DNA of 64,000 nucleotides from Actinomycetota bacterium. GTDB lineage: Bacteria > Actinomycetota > Actinomycetes > Nanopelagicales > Nanopelagicaceae. The DNA lies in assembly GCA_037134955.1 (NCBI GenBank), contig JBAXLF010000001.1:10099-74098 (forward strand), given 5' to 3'. The notes beneath the pieces were generated by a model. The model had not been told where the DNA came from and ran no database searches. It was given only the letters and a program-made list of their open reading frames with translations. This document shows positions 1 to 8,449 of the stretch, piece after piece. Position 1 is the first letter of the stretch. Each line of letters starts with the position of its first letter. A program made the position numbers and the translations under genes.

Positions 1-498
1 GAGCCGGTCACTGAGCTCACCCTGGCCTCGGTCCTGCAGGTAACTGTCGATCAGGTAGTCGATGCTCTCGAGAGCCTCGTCCCTAGCTACGATGACCGCG
101 GCTTCACGCTCAAGGCGATCAATGGGGGATGGCGCTTCTACAGCCACCCTGATTGCAGCGCCGTCGTGGAGAAGTTCGTCCTTGATGGTCAACAGAATCG
201 CCTGACTCAGGCAGCGCTCGAAACCCTCGCTGTTATCGCCTATCGCCAGCCTATCTCCCGCGCCCGAGTCTCAGCTATTCGAGGTGTCAATGTCGAGGCT
301 GTCATGAAGACTCTCATCACCCGAGGGCTGGTTGAGGAGTACGGGGTCGAAAATGAGACCGGAGCAATCCTGTATAAGACCACCAGCTACTTCCTCGAAC
401 GGCTAGGCCTCAACGCCCTCACAGATCTACCACCTCTTGCGCCTCATCTGCCTGATATCGATGGCCTCGATGAGATCCTCGATTCGCTTACTGACTAA
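1..498 (+). CDS. scpB: SMC-Scp complex subunit ScpB (5'-truncated by window)
   Basis: Frame is open from base 1 (EPVTELTLASVL...GGWRFYSHP). Motifs LTQAALETLAVIAYRQPISRARVSAIRGV and FLERLGL are typical of ScpB; precedes rluB. Confidence 0.95.
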   Translation, partial: EPVTELTLASVLQVTVDQVVDALESLVPSYDDRGFTLKAINGGWRFYSHPDCSAVVEKFVLDGQQNRLTQAALETLAVIAYRQPISRARVSAIRGVNVEAVMKTLITRGLVEEYGVENETGAILYKTTSYFLERLGLNALTDLPPLAPHLPDIDGLDEILDSLTD

Positions 499-574
499 GT
501 AACGCTCTACACTTCTCGTCTAGAGCCTCCCGCTCCTTGTGCGGGGGAGTTGACTGTCGAGAATGGATAGCCAC

Positions 575-1294
575 ATGGCCGAAATGCGCCTCAATAAGAT
601 CATCGCCGATGCCGGAATCACCTCACGTCGCGGAGCCGACGAGCTCATCATGGATGGGCGAGTTACCGTCGATGGCCATCAAATTCGCGAGCTCGGCGCA
701 AAGTTTGACCCTGAAAAGCATAAAGTAAGCGTGGATGGCGAGACAATTACGCGCTCTTTGTCTAAGTCTTATTTAGTGCTTCATAAACCAAAAGGTGTTC
801 TGTCTACGATGTTCGACCCGGAAGGTCGCCCTTCTCTCTCTGACTTTATCGATCTTCGAAGAGAGCGACTCTTCCATGTGGGGCGTCTCGATAAGGACTC
901 TGAAGGACTGATTTTGCTGACCAATGATGGGGATCTGACCTTCCGTGCAACCCACCCATCCTTTGGTCTGGAGAAGACCTACATCATTGAGTTTGATGGG
1001 AAGCTTCCGGTTGGGGTAGATAAGGTCCTTCTTAAGGGGATCGAGCTAGAGGATGGGATGGGTCGAGTTCTCGCCTTTAAACATCTATCCCCCCAGTGGA
1101 TCGAGGTCACTATCCATGAAGGTCGCTATCACATCATCCGTCGACTCATGGAGGCTGTAGGTGTCGACGTCTTGCGGTTGATCCGTACCAACTTCGGCCC
1201 AATCTCCTTAGGTGATACGCCAGAGGGAAGATGGCGAGATCTCAATAGCGCTGAATTGTTAAGTCTGCAAAACGCTTTAGATATAAAACCCTAA
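575..1294 (+). CDS. rluB: 23S rRNA pseudouridine synthase, RluB/RsuA family
   Basis: S4 domain (RLNKIIADAGITSRRGADELI), catalytic VGRLDKDSEGLILLTNDG, EGRYHIIRR. Start could be 563, 575 or 584. Confidence 0.9.
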   Translation: MAEMRLNKIIADAGITSRRGADELIMDGRVTVDGHQIRELGAKFDPEKHKVSVDGETITRSLSKSYLVLHKPKGVLSTMFDPEGRPSLSDFIDLRRERLFHVGRLDKDSEGLILLTNDGDLTFRATHPSFGLEKTYIIEFDGKLPVGVDKVLLKGIELEDGMGRVLAFKHLSPQWIEVTIHEGRYHIIRRLMEAVGVDVLRLIRTNFGPISLGDTPEGRWRDLNSAELLSLQNALDIKP

Positions 1295-1364
1295 ATCAGG
1301 TTTCTATCTATTAAACCATTTGGTAATAAATCTATATTTAAAATCGTCCCAATGTTTGGAATCT

Positions 1365-1422
1365 ATTTATCGATATTTATACGCTTGGAAGAGGACAGTT
1401 TTAGTTGATTTATCGATATTTA
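1365..1422. repeat. Direct repeat ATTTATCGATATTTA x2 (1365-1379, 1408-1422) in an AT-rich intergenic region
   Basis: Two exact 15-bp copies 43 bp apart, each with the palindromic core TATCGATA; read directly from the sequence. Confidence 0.85.
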
Positions 1423-1560
1423 GAAAGCCTTAGAGTTCGGGGAGTCGATCTGAGTGCAAATGTTTGAGACTCAAAAAGAGAAGTAACAGTTAAAGAGATT
1501 TGTCGGCAAAACGAGAAGTATATATCTTCATCCGAGAAGAGGTAAGGGTACGATTGGTCA

Positions 1561-1923
1561 ATGTCAGTGCGAGCGATCCGAGGAGCTACCCAAGTCGAGG
1601 CTAATACAGCCGAATCGATTACGGCTGCGACCCAAGAATTGATCCGTGAAATCCTGGCTGCCAACTCCTTAACGTCAGAGGATGTCATCTCAGTCCTCTT
1701 TACAGCGAGCCCCGATCTGACTGCAACCTTTCCCGCTGCAGCTGTGAGATCCCTTGGCTTTGAAGATACCCCACTGATCTGTTCGGTAGAGATTGATGTA
1801 CCTGGAGCGCTTCCTCGAACTGTTCGGGTAATGGCACATGTTGAAAGTTCGCTATCGAAGAGCGAAATCGCCCATATCTATCTCCATGGAGCTAAATCCC
1901 TGCGTCGAGATATCGCCCAATAG
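1561..1923 (+). CDS. aroH: Chorismate mutase, AroH class
   Basis: VRAIRGATQV, FPAAAVR, HIYLHGAKSLRRD. A TACGAT -10 box 6 nt upstream of the ATG suggests a leaderless mRNA. Confidence 0.93.
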   Translation: MSVRAIRGATQVEANTAESITAATQELIREILAANSLTSEDVISVLFTASPDLTATFPAAAVRSLGFEDTPLICSVEIDVPGALPRTVRVMAHVESSLSKSEIAHIYLHGAKSLRRDIAQ

Positions 1924-1930
1924 GCCCAGA

Positions 1931-2983
1931 ATGACCCTTTCTCATGTTCGAATAGTTGGATCTGGCCTGATTGGAACCTCGATTGGCCTAGGTCTTGCCC
2001 TCAAAGGGGTCGGAGTCACGATGGTCGATAGCGATGGACGTGCGCAATCGCTAGCAAGAGATCTGGTAAAGAGCTCACCATCTGCTGATATCGATCTCAC
2101 TATCTTTGCCACACCTTTAGGAGCGGTGAAATCGCTTCTGGATGGAGAATTTTCCGCCAATCCACACTCAGCATTTATAGATATTGGATCAGTTAAGTCT
2201 AAAGTTAAGGTTGAGGTATCAACCTCGTCGATGCCACTCAACCGATTTCTTCCCACACATCCCATGGCAGGTCGCGAGATGGGTGGGGCCGAGTCAGCTC
2301 GAGCCGATCTCTTTCAAGGTCGCGCATGGATTGTCGATAGCCAAGGCGTAGATAGCGATGTCATTGCCAGAGCATCTGAGCTGATTGAGTTTCTCGGTGC
2401 TCACAAGGTCGATCTCGATTCATCCGAACATGACAAGGCGGTTGCCTTGATCTCGCATCTTCCACAACTGGTCTCATCTCTCTTAGCCAAGCAACTTGAT
2501 GGGGGAGAAGCTGGTTGGCTCGAATTAGCTGGAGCCGGATTGCGCGATACGACTCGGATTGCAGCATCTGATGCAAAGCTGTGGAGAGAGATCATCACGG
2601 CAAATAGCCAAGCGATTAAGCCTTTACTCGAGAAGCTACAGAGCGATGTGGGCGCTTTGATTGGGTCACTCGATGATGAAAGTTCTGTCGCACAGGTAAT
2701 AGAAGAAGGCCAACGAGGTCGTGCTCGTATTCCCGGCAAACATGGCGGCAAGGCCCGCGAATATACCTACCTGCCAATCGTGATTGAAGATAAGCCTGGA
2801 CAGTTAGCAGCGCTCTTCGACGAATGTGCAACTGCAGGAGTAAACGTTGAAGATTTATCGATCGAACATAGTCCGGGGCAATTTACTGGACTTATAACAC
2901 TCGCACTTTCCCAGATGGATGCAGAAAAGCTAGGCGATCATTTGAAAGCTCATGGGTGGAGTGTTCACTCACCTCGTCGATAG
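1931..2983 (+). CDS. tyrA: Prephenate dehydrogenase with C-terminal ACT domain
   Basis: Rossmann GSGLIG, DIGSVK, HPMAGRE, HDKAVALISHLPQ, ACT DKPGQLA. Start moved to ATG 1931, just after the aroH stop. Confidence 0.93.
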   Translation: MTLSHVRIVGSGLIGTSIGLGLALKGVGVTMVDSDGRAQSLARDLVKSSPSADIDLTIFATPLGAVKSLLDGEFSANPHSAFIDIGSVKSKVKVEVSTSSMPLNRFLPTHPMAGREMGGAESARADLFQGRAWIVDSQGVDSDVIARASELIEFLGAHKVDLDSSEHDKAVALISHLPQLVSSLLAKQLDGGEAGWLELAGAGLRDTTRIAASDAKLWREIITANSQAIKPLLEKLQSDVGALIGSLDDESSVAQVIEEGQRGRARIPGKHGGKAREYTYLPIVIEDKPGQLAALFDECATAGVNVEDLSIEHSPGQFTGLITLALSQMDAEKLGDHLKAHGWSVHSPRR

Positions 2984-3041
2984 ACCAATCGGTAAGTTCA
3001 AAAAGGATTAACCAATAGAATTAACCAACTAAAGATGGGCT

Positions 3042-5018
3042 GTGAAGATGATTGTTGTTGCGCTAGATGGCCCAAGTGGCTCTGGCAAATCCAGCACCTC
3101 TAAAGGTATTGCGATACGCGCAGGGTGGAACTATCTCGATACTGGCGCGCTCTATCGCGCAATCACCTTTCTTGCTTTATCGATAAAGAGCGAAAACCCA
3201 CAAGAGATTATCTCCGCGGTTATTGATTCTCCGATTACATTCAATTCCAATCCACGCGATCCCAAAATATTTTTGGGCGGGAAAGATATTTCAGTCGAAA
3301 TCCGTTCGCATGAAGTGACTGAGAAAGTTTCTGTAATTAGTGCGCTACCAGAAATTCGCGCCGAATTACTGACGTTGCAACGTTCGATCATCGCAAAGGC
3401 AGATCGCGGAATAGTTGTAGAAGGTCGCGATATCGGAACTGTTGTATGTCCTGATGCTGCGTTGAAGATTTATCTCACCGCTGATATTTCAGCGCGAGCT
3501 ATCAGGCGCGATGCGGAACTTGCTGATAGTTCTCGTGGCGCTGAAGCTGTCGCTCAATCTCTTGCATCACGCGATGAAATTGATTCGACCCGCGCTGTCT
3601 CGCCATTGGCAATGGCCTTCGATGCGGTCCATATTGATTCAACAGAGCTGACTCTCGAAGAGACCACTGATCGGATTTGGGAGCTACTTTCACAAAGATC
3701 GCTTCTGGGGCTACCGATTGTTGCAATCCTGGGTCGCCCAAATGTTGGTAAATCAACGTTAATCAATCGTTTTATTGGTCGTCGCGAAGCAATTGTTGAA
3801 GATACTCCGGGCGTTACGCGAGATCGAGTTCAGTACGAATGCGAATGGGGCGGGCGCAGATTTATCATCATGGATACAGGTGGATGGGAATCCAAACCGG
3901 ATGGAATCTCAATTCAAGTAAGTGCGAGTGCAGAGTTGGCGATGGGCGAAGCCGATGTTCTTTGCTTTGTCGTCGATGCACAAGTTGGGGCACTTGATGA
4001 AGATGACATTCTGGTTCAGGAACTTCGCAAGGCGAAGAAGCCGACGATCTTGGTCGCCAATAAGGTTGATGGTGATAACGATGAATCAGATGCACATGCG
4101 CTCTGGAATATCGGATTAGGAGAGCCACATTTTGTTTCGGCCCTGCATGGACGTGGTAGTGGAGATTTGCTCGACGCCATTGTTAATGAACTTCCGGAAG
4201 TTGGCGCGGCACAGGTGCAAGATGGATATCGCCGCATCGCACTGATTGGTCGTCCCAATGTAGGTAAATCAAGTCTGCTCAATGCCTTAGCTGGCGAGAG
4301 CCGCGCAATTGTTGACTCAGTCGCTGGAACAACTCGTGATCCGGTTGACGAACTTATTGAATTTGGCGGAAGTATCTGGCGCTTTGTTGATACTGCAGGC
4401 TTAAAGAAGCGAGCAAACCAGGCAAGTGGAACTGATTATTACGCAACGCTTCGTACTCAGACAGCGCTCGAACGTTGTGAATGTGCAGTCGTTGTTCTCG
4501 ATGCATCCGTGCCTATCTCTGAACAAGATTTGCGAGTAATCACGATGGTCGAAGAAGCTGGCAAAGCGATGGTAATCGTGATGAATAAATGGGATTTAGT
4601 CGATGAAGATCGTCGCACCCAATTGGATAAAGAGATAGAACGCCATCTCGATCAAGTTGAATGGGCACAGATTGTGAATGTCGCTGCCATGACCGGTTGG
4701 CATCGTGATCGCCTTGCTCCGGCTCTGCGCACCGCGATCGATTCTTGGGAGCGTCGCGTTCCGACCTCGAAGCTCAACTCATTCTTGGGGGCGCTGATTG
4801 GCGCAACTCCACCGCCTGTCCGTGGCGGAAAGCAGCCGAAGGTCTACTACGCAACCCAAGCTGGTATCGCACCACCAAAGTTTGTGGTCTTCTCATCTGG
4901 CTGGATCGAAGCGTCATATCGTAGATTTATCGAACGGCGCCTGCGCGAAGAGTTCAAATTCCCAGGAACTCCGGTTCAGGTCGCAATCCGAGTTAAGGAA
5001 CGAGATAAGGAGCAGTAG
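3042..5018 (+). CDS. cmk-der: Bifunctional cytidylate kinase / ribosome biogenesis GTPase Der (EngA) fusion
   Basis: N-terminal Cmk (DGPSGSGKSS, DTGALYR, VEGRDIGTVV), then two GTPase domains (GRPNVGKST, GRPNVGKSS) and a KH-like tail, in one ORF. Confidence 0.95.
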   Translation: MKMIVVALDGPSGSGKSSTSKGIAIRAGWNYLDTGALYRAITFLALSIKSENPQEIISAVIDSPITFNSNPRDPKIFLGGKDISVEIRSHEVTEKVSVISALPEIRAELLTLQRSIIAKADRGIVVEGRDIGTVVCPDAALKIYLTADISARAIRRDAELADSSRGAEAVAQSLASRDEIDSTRAVSPLAMAFDAVHIDSTELTLEETTDRIWELLSQRSLLGLPIVAILGRPNVGKSTLINRFIGRREAIVEDTPGVTRDRVQYECEWGGRRFIIMDTGGWESKPDGISIQVSASAELAMGEADVLCFVVDAQVGALDEDDILVQELRKAKKPTILVANKVDGDNDESDAHALWNIGLGEPHFVSALHGRGSGDLLDAIVNELPEVGAAQVQDGYRRIALIGRPNVGKSSLLNALAGESRAIVDSVAGTTRDPVDELIEFGGSIWRFVDTAGLKKRANQASGTDYYATLRTQTALERCECAVVVLDASVPISEQDLRVITMVEEAGKAMVIVMNKWDLVDEDRRTQLDKEIERHLDQVEWAQIVNVAAMTGWHRDRLAPALRTAIDSWERRVPTSKLNSFLGALIGATPPPVRGGKQPKVYYATQAGIAPPKFVVFSSGWIEASYRRFIERRLREEFKFPGTPVQVAIRVKERDKEQ

Positions 5019-5582
5019 GTGCTGACTATTCCTAATGCTTTAACTCTCCTTCGATTTCTAGGAATCCCACTCTTTATCTATTTGGCGCTGACCAAACATG
5101 CCGACGGTTGGGCGATTCTCACATTGTCCGCTGGGGGAGCTACTGATTATTTCGATGGAAAATTGGCGCGCGCCCTCAATCAAGAGTCGAGGTTTGGCGA
5201 AATCGCGGATCCAACTATCGACCGCTTATATATCGTTGCCGTTCTTATCGTCCTCTACATCCGCCACGCAATTCCATTATGGCTGATTGCGATTCTCTTG
5301 GCTCGCGATATCTTTATGGCGGTCGTTGCACTAGTGCTGCAGCTGAAAGGATTTCCACCCCTTTCTGTCACCTACCTTGGAAAGGCTGCCACCTTTAATC
5401 TGCTCTACGCCTTTCCTTTTCTTCTTTTGGCTCTCTCCAAGAGTTGGGTCGGTACCGCGGCCTTCATCTTTGGCTGGGCCTTTGCAATCTGGGGCGTGAC
5501 GCTCTACGTTGGAACCGCGGTCGGGTATTTCCGTACCGCGCTTGCGACCATTACAGTTCGACCACAAATCATCGAGGGATAG
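5019..5582 (+). CDS. CDP-alcohol phosphatidyltransferase (PgsA2/Cls-like)
   Basis: TIPNALTLLR and DYFDGKLARALNQESRFGEIADPTID signature; hydrophobic. Confidence 0.9.
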   Translation: MLTIPNALTLLRFLGIPLFIYLALTKHADGWAILTLSAGGATDYFDGKLARALNQESRFGEIADPTIDRLYIVAVLIVLYIRHAIPLWLIAILLARDIFMAVVALVLQLKGFPPLSVTYLGKAATFNLLYAFPFLLLALSKSWVGTAAFIFGWAFAIWGVTLYVGTAVGYFRTALATITVRPQIIEG

Positions 5583-5594
5583 CAGGAGAAGGTC

Positions 5595-5975
5595 ATGTCG
5601 AATATTCCAGCAGAGTTGCACTACACCAAGGAACACGAATGGGTTGCAGCTACCTCAACCGATCTACATATTCGAATGGGCATCACTGATTACGCCCAAG
5701 GTGCGCTAGGCGATATCGTCTATGTGCAGATGCCGAAGATTGGTGAATCTGTCACCGCCGATAAAGTTTGCGGTGAAGTTGAATCAACCAAGAGCGTTTC
5801 GGAGATTTTCGCACCCGTGACCGGAACTGTTGTCGCCGTCAATGAAGCGTTGGTCAGCGCCCCCGAACTCATCAACTCTGATCCTTATGGCGCTGGTTGG
5901 TTAATCGAGATTTCAGTACCTGCAGCCCCATCTGGGTTACTTTCTGCAGCCGAATATGGAGCAATTACCGCCTAG
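5595..5975 (+). CDS. gcvH: Glycine cleavage system H protein
   Basis: YTKEHEW, GITDYAQ, lipoyl motif EVESTKSVS, INSDPYGAGW; AGGAG RBS. Confidence 0.97.
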   Translation: MSNIPAELHYTKEHEWVAATSTDLHIRMGITDYAQGALGDIVYVQMPKIGESVTADKVCGEVESTKSVSEIFAPVTGTVVAVNEALVSAPELINSDPYGAGWLIEISVPAAPSGLLSAAEYGAITA

Positions 5976-6069
5976 CTTTCGGCTTGATTTATCTTTTCTT
6001 TCTCTCTAGTGTCACCCTTAAGTTGACGTCCAAAGTCGAGGGACACAGATCGCTAAAGGGGAGGGCGCA

Positions 6070-6537
6070 ATGGCTAAGCCAGATTCAGATCGCGAACTCA
6101 CCAGCACTCTTCACCTCGGACTTCGTTCAGTGGTGGGCAATTCCCCGGCCAACCTAGTTCAGGACCTCATCGATCAAGCATCGCCGGCAGAACGCGCAAT
6201 CATCGAGAGCGCTCTGTCTAGCGATGGAAATTCAGCGATGATCTTTATCCATCGCGGAGCACAGAAAGGTGCACGATTCTTAGTAACTGCCGAAGGCGCA
6301 ACTATTGGTCGAGCGGCCGAGAGTTCCATCTTTCTTGACGATGTCACTGTTTCTCGAAAGCATGCAGTGATATCTAAGGCAGGCAAGAGTTTCACATTTA
6401 CCGACTCGGGCAGCCTTAATGGTTCTTATGTCAACAACGAATCGGTAACCGAAAAAGTTTTATCGTCAGGTGACGAGATTCAAATTGGAAAATTTCATCT
6501 GCTCTTTATCAGCAGCCAGACACTAGGGGAGAAGTAA
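6070..6537 (+). CDS. garA: FHA-domain protein, GarA/OdhI-like
   Basis: IGR...IFLDDVTVSRKHA...DSGSLNGSYVN...QIGKF FHA domain; N-terminal ELTST threonine motif; conserved position after gcvH. Confidence 0.85.
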   Translation: MAKPDSDRELTSTLHLGLRSVVGNSPANLVQDLIDQASPAERAIIESALSSDGNSAMIFIHRGAQKGARFLVTAEGATIGRAAESSIFLDDVTVSRKHAVISKAGKSFTFTDSGSLNGSYVNNESVTEKVLSSGDEIQIGKFHLLFISSQTLGEK

Positions 6538-6538
6538 A

Positions 6539-7261
6539 TTGAGCGTTCCAGCGAGAGCCTATTTAAGTATCGGTGAAGTACTCACAAAGTTGCGTGGCGA
6601 TTTCGCCGATATCACGATCTCCAAGATTCGCTTCCTTGAATCAGAAGGTTTGATTGAGCCGCAACGAACTCCATCCGGCTATCGCAAATTTACAACTACA
6701 GATTTAGATCGTCTCCGCTACGTATTACTAGCCCAGCGCGATCAGTACCTGCCGCTCAAGGTCATCAAAGAGAATCTCGATGCCCTCGATCGCGGCTTAC
6801 AACCAGCAGCGCAGGGTGGAGTCGCAACTCCACGTCCAACACTGGGCTTGGCGACAGTCGATGGAGAATTTGCTCCGGCAGCATTTGCAGAACAATCCGA
6901 GATGCGTCTATCTCGCGACGAACTCTTAAAGGCATCTGGTCTAGACGATAGCCAGTTGGTAGAGCTCGAATCTTTCGGCCTCATCTCACTTCGCGGCCGC
7001 CACTACGATGGCAATGCGCTCTCAGTAGCTAAGGCCGTGGCAGAGATGGCTGGTTTCGGAATCGAACCGCGCCATCTGCGCTCCTTCAAATCTGCTGCAG
7101 ATCGTGAGATCGGTTTAATCGAACAAGTGATTACACCGTTCACGCGCCAGAAGAGTTCAGAGGCAAAGGCCAGAGCAGAGGAAGTTCAGAAGGAGATTGC
7201 ATCTCTCTCAGTTCGACTTCACGCAGCTCTTGTCCGCGGCGGACTCAACCGTCCTCGTTAA
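6539..7261 (+). CDS. ftsR: MerR-family regulator, FtsR/Rv1828-like
   Basis: LSIGEVL...ITISKIRFLESEGLIEPQRTPSGYRKF, YLPLKVIK, GIEPRHLR; synteny with garA. Confidence 0.85.
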   Translation: MSVPARAYLSIGEVLTKLRGDFADITISKIRFLESEGLIEPQRTPSGYRKFTTTDLDRLRYVLLAQRDQYLPLKVIKENLDALDRGLQPAAQGGVATPRPTLGLATVDGEFAPAAFAEQSEMRLSRDELLKASGLDDSQLVELESFGLISLRGRHYDGNALSVAKAVAEMAGFGIEPRHLRSFKSAADREIGLIEQVITPFTRQKSSEAKARAEEVQKEIASLSVRLHAALVRGGLNRPR

Positions 7262-7282
7262 TAGAATCTCCTCGTAACCCCA

Positions 7283-7786
7283 ATGTTGGTCCAGGTTGAA
7301 GTTGTCGGTGTTCGCATCGAGATGCCCTCAAATCAACCCATCGTCTTACTCAAAGAGTTGAACGGAACTCGCTTCCTGCCGATCTGGGTTGGGGCTGTTG
7401 AAGCCACCGCGATCGCCTTCGCCCAGCAGGGGTTGGAAGCGCAGCGACCTTTAACGCACGATCTGATTCGCGACCTGCTCGATCGCTTAGACACAACTCT
7501 CACAAGTGTCCACATCACTGAAATCAAGGATGGGGTCTTCTACGCCGAACTTCTATTGAGAAATTCAACAGGGGCGCTAGAAGCTCTCTCCGTTCGCCCT
7601 TCCGATGCGATCGCAGTGGCACTTCGGACGAAGAGCAACATCATGGTCAATAGCCAGATGCTCGATGAGGTGGGAATCGATATTCCTGAGCAGGTAGCAG
7701 ATGAGGTTTCAGCCTCGGGGGATCAGGAGCTTGAGGCCTTCCGTGAATTTCTCGATGGAATCAACCCAGAGGATTTTGCAGGGTAG
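7283..7786 (+). CDS. Bifunctional nuclease family protein (DUF151, Rv1829-like)
   Basis: PIVLLKE, LPIWVGAVEA, RPLTHDL, RPSDAIAVALR. Confidence 0.9.
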   Translation: MLVQVEVVGVRIEMPSNQPIVLLKELNGTRFLPIWVGAVEATAIAFAQQGLEAQRPLTHDLIRDLLDRLDTTLTSVHITEIKDGVFYAELLLRNSTGALEALSVRPSDAIAVALRTKSNIMVNSQMLDEVGIDIPEQVADEVSASGDQELEAFREFLDGINPEDFAG

Positions 7787-7799
7787 GGGCTGAAGTCTC

Positions 7800-7816
7800 A
7801 ACCTCAAGTAGAGGTT
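7800..7816. promoter_or_regulatory. Palindromic operator AACCTC-AAGTA-GAGGTT, candidate MerR-type/FtsR site
   Basis: Perfect 6-5-6 inverted repeat upstream of a MerR gene; a degenerate copy lies at 6014-6030 upstream of garA. Confidence 0.55.
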
Positions 7817-7898
7817 CTGTTCGTGTCGGTCTCGTATTTCAAGCGCTTGCGGGCGTAACCTTTACCCAACCCCACTACGTGAAAGCGAGCCCCCTCTC

Positions 7899-8399
7899 GT
7901 GACAGATCAAGAATTTGAGATTGGCTACCGCGGAGCTACTGCTTGCTCTGCTGCTGGTATTTCTTATCGTCAATTGGATTACTGGGCACGTACTGGTCTC
8001 GTCGAACCATCAATACGTACCGCATCTGGATCTGGAAGTGCGCGACTCTATGGGTTCCGCGACATCTTGGTTCTTAAGATTGTAAAGCGCTTACTCGATG
8101 CCGGCGTCTCACTTCAAAATATTCGCACAGCGGTTAACCATCTACGTAATCGCGGAGTTGTAGAGCTAGAGAGCATCACCCTCATGAGCGATGGGGCATC
8201 TATTTACGAATGTGCCAGCCCAGATGAGATCATCGATTTACTCGCTGGTGGGCAAGGCGTCTTCGGAATTGCAGTGGGCCGCGTCTGGCATGAAGTCGAA
8301 GGCTCACTTGCAACCTTGCAGGGTGAGGTCAATGGCGAGGTCGTGGGTGGAGAAAATAGCGATGAACTCTCTCTACGTCGGAAGGCGAAAGGCGCCTAA
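7899..8399 (+). CDS. MerR-family regulator, Rv1830-like
   Basis: GYRGATACSAAGISYRQLDYWARTGLVEPS, RLYGFRDILVLKIVKRLLDAGVSLQNIR, GQGVFGIA. Confidence 0.92.
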   Translation: MTDQEFEIGYRGATACSAAGISYRQLDYWARTGLVEPSIRTASGSGSARLYGFRDILVLKIVKRLLDAGVSLQNIRTAVNHLRNRGVVELESITLMSDGASIYECASPDEIIDLLAGGQGVFGIAVGRVWHEVEGSLATLQGEVNGEVVGGENSDELSLRRKAKGA

Positions 8400-8449
8400 T
8401 ACTCATATATTTCCTTCCCTAGGGCGCATAGGCGCACTGTTACAGGGGA

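Noticed and set aside
1500-1528. TTGTCGG as a PafBC (RecA-NDp) promoter; similar words at about 7824 and 39529
   Set aside because: None has TANNNT at the required 10-nt spacing.
1410-1688. 92-aa minus-strand ORF reaching into the AT-rich gap
   Set aside because: It partly overlaps aroH antisense and has no recognisable motif or start signal.
6058-7788. GGGNAGGG KOPS-like octamers at 6058 and 7781 pointing toward dif
   Set aside because: Only two noticed, both at RBS or stop positions, and this motif is not established for actinobacteria; it needs a genome-wide skew count.
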